Shown here piece after piece: positions 63,401-64,000 of a stretch of 64,000 nt of DNA. Source of the stretch: Paragordius varius (lineage: Eukaryota > Animalia > Nematomorpha); NCBI GenBank assembly GCA_964247055.1, contig OZ176052.1, forward strand, positions 3,100,001-3,164,000, read 5' to 3'. The notes beneath the pieces were generated by a model. That model had not been told where the DNA came from, did no database searches, and saw only the letters and a list, made by a program, of their open reading frames with translations. Position 1 is the first letter of the stretch. Each line of letters starts with the position of its first letter. The position numbers and the translations under genes were made by a program.

Positions 63401-64000
63401 CAACCTAGTTTTTGAGATATTGAGAGAAAATCGAAATCGGGCAAAAAGTGAAAATTAAGGATAATTAAGAATAATCCAAAAAATAATGATAAAATTTGAA
63501 ATATTATGGTTTATTATCATTTTAGGAGATATTTTCAATATATAAATAGCCTAAAATCATATAGTTTGGGTTTCTATAAAATTTCAGGTCAAAAGATGGC
63601 GTTTTTCTTTTATCACACTTAAAAGACAAAATTAATTTAATGAAACACTATTCAAATCTTAACATTCATATTTTATTCAGTAAAATATACTTCTATATCA
63701 AAATAAAACCAAATATTGTTTTTTATTTTTGCATTTTTTTGTCATCTGGTTTATGAGTGTATAAAAAATTTATACTGATTTATTTTGGATTCTCACATGA
63801 TTAGGAATTATTATGTATATAATTTATGCACAATAGGATTGATAATTAGTGGAATATCAACCAACAAATTGTACAAATCCCAATACAAATATTAATTTGT
63901 CATAAAACCGACTTGTTAGAGGAAATAGTAAGGATTTTTTGGTTGATATTCCACTACTATATTTTGCATAAATTATATACTTAATAATTCCTAATCATGT

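Overview
Very AT-rich, intron-containing animal DNA; the inhibitory Smad shows it is metazoan, but the species cannot be assigned from sequence alone. I reconstructed four complete spliced genes by hand, and each exon chain sums to a multiple of 3: DLST (2504-11294, +), a SUGP1/SF4-like splicing factor (23692-31389, +), a divergent inhibitory Smad of the Smad6/7/Dad class (35615-40436, -) and ALIX/PDCD6IP (49261-62091, +). There is also the last exon of an unidentified minus-strand gene (62696-62895). Intergenic DNA and long introns are filled with non-autonomous transposons (foldback MITEs, Helitrons, TIR elements). One full-length but frameshifted RTE-type LINE (12788-16177, -) is flanked by a 15-bp target-site duplication. 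Main observations: (1) 23-26 nt GT-AG micro-introns occur only near the 5' end of three genes, while all later introns are 346-2043 nt, and 5' splice sites are strongly degenerate; (2) a complete HDV-like ribozyme fold starts exactly at the 5' boundary of the LINE; (3) DLST has two intact lipoyl domains from an exon-block duplication; (4) the SUGP1 homolog appears to lack SURP domains and carries a large insertion before its G-patch. All gene models are manual predictions without transcript support.
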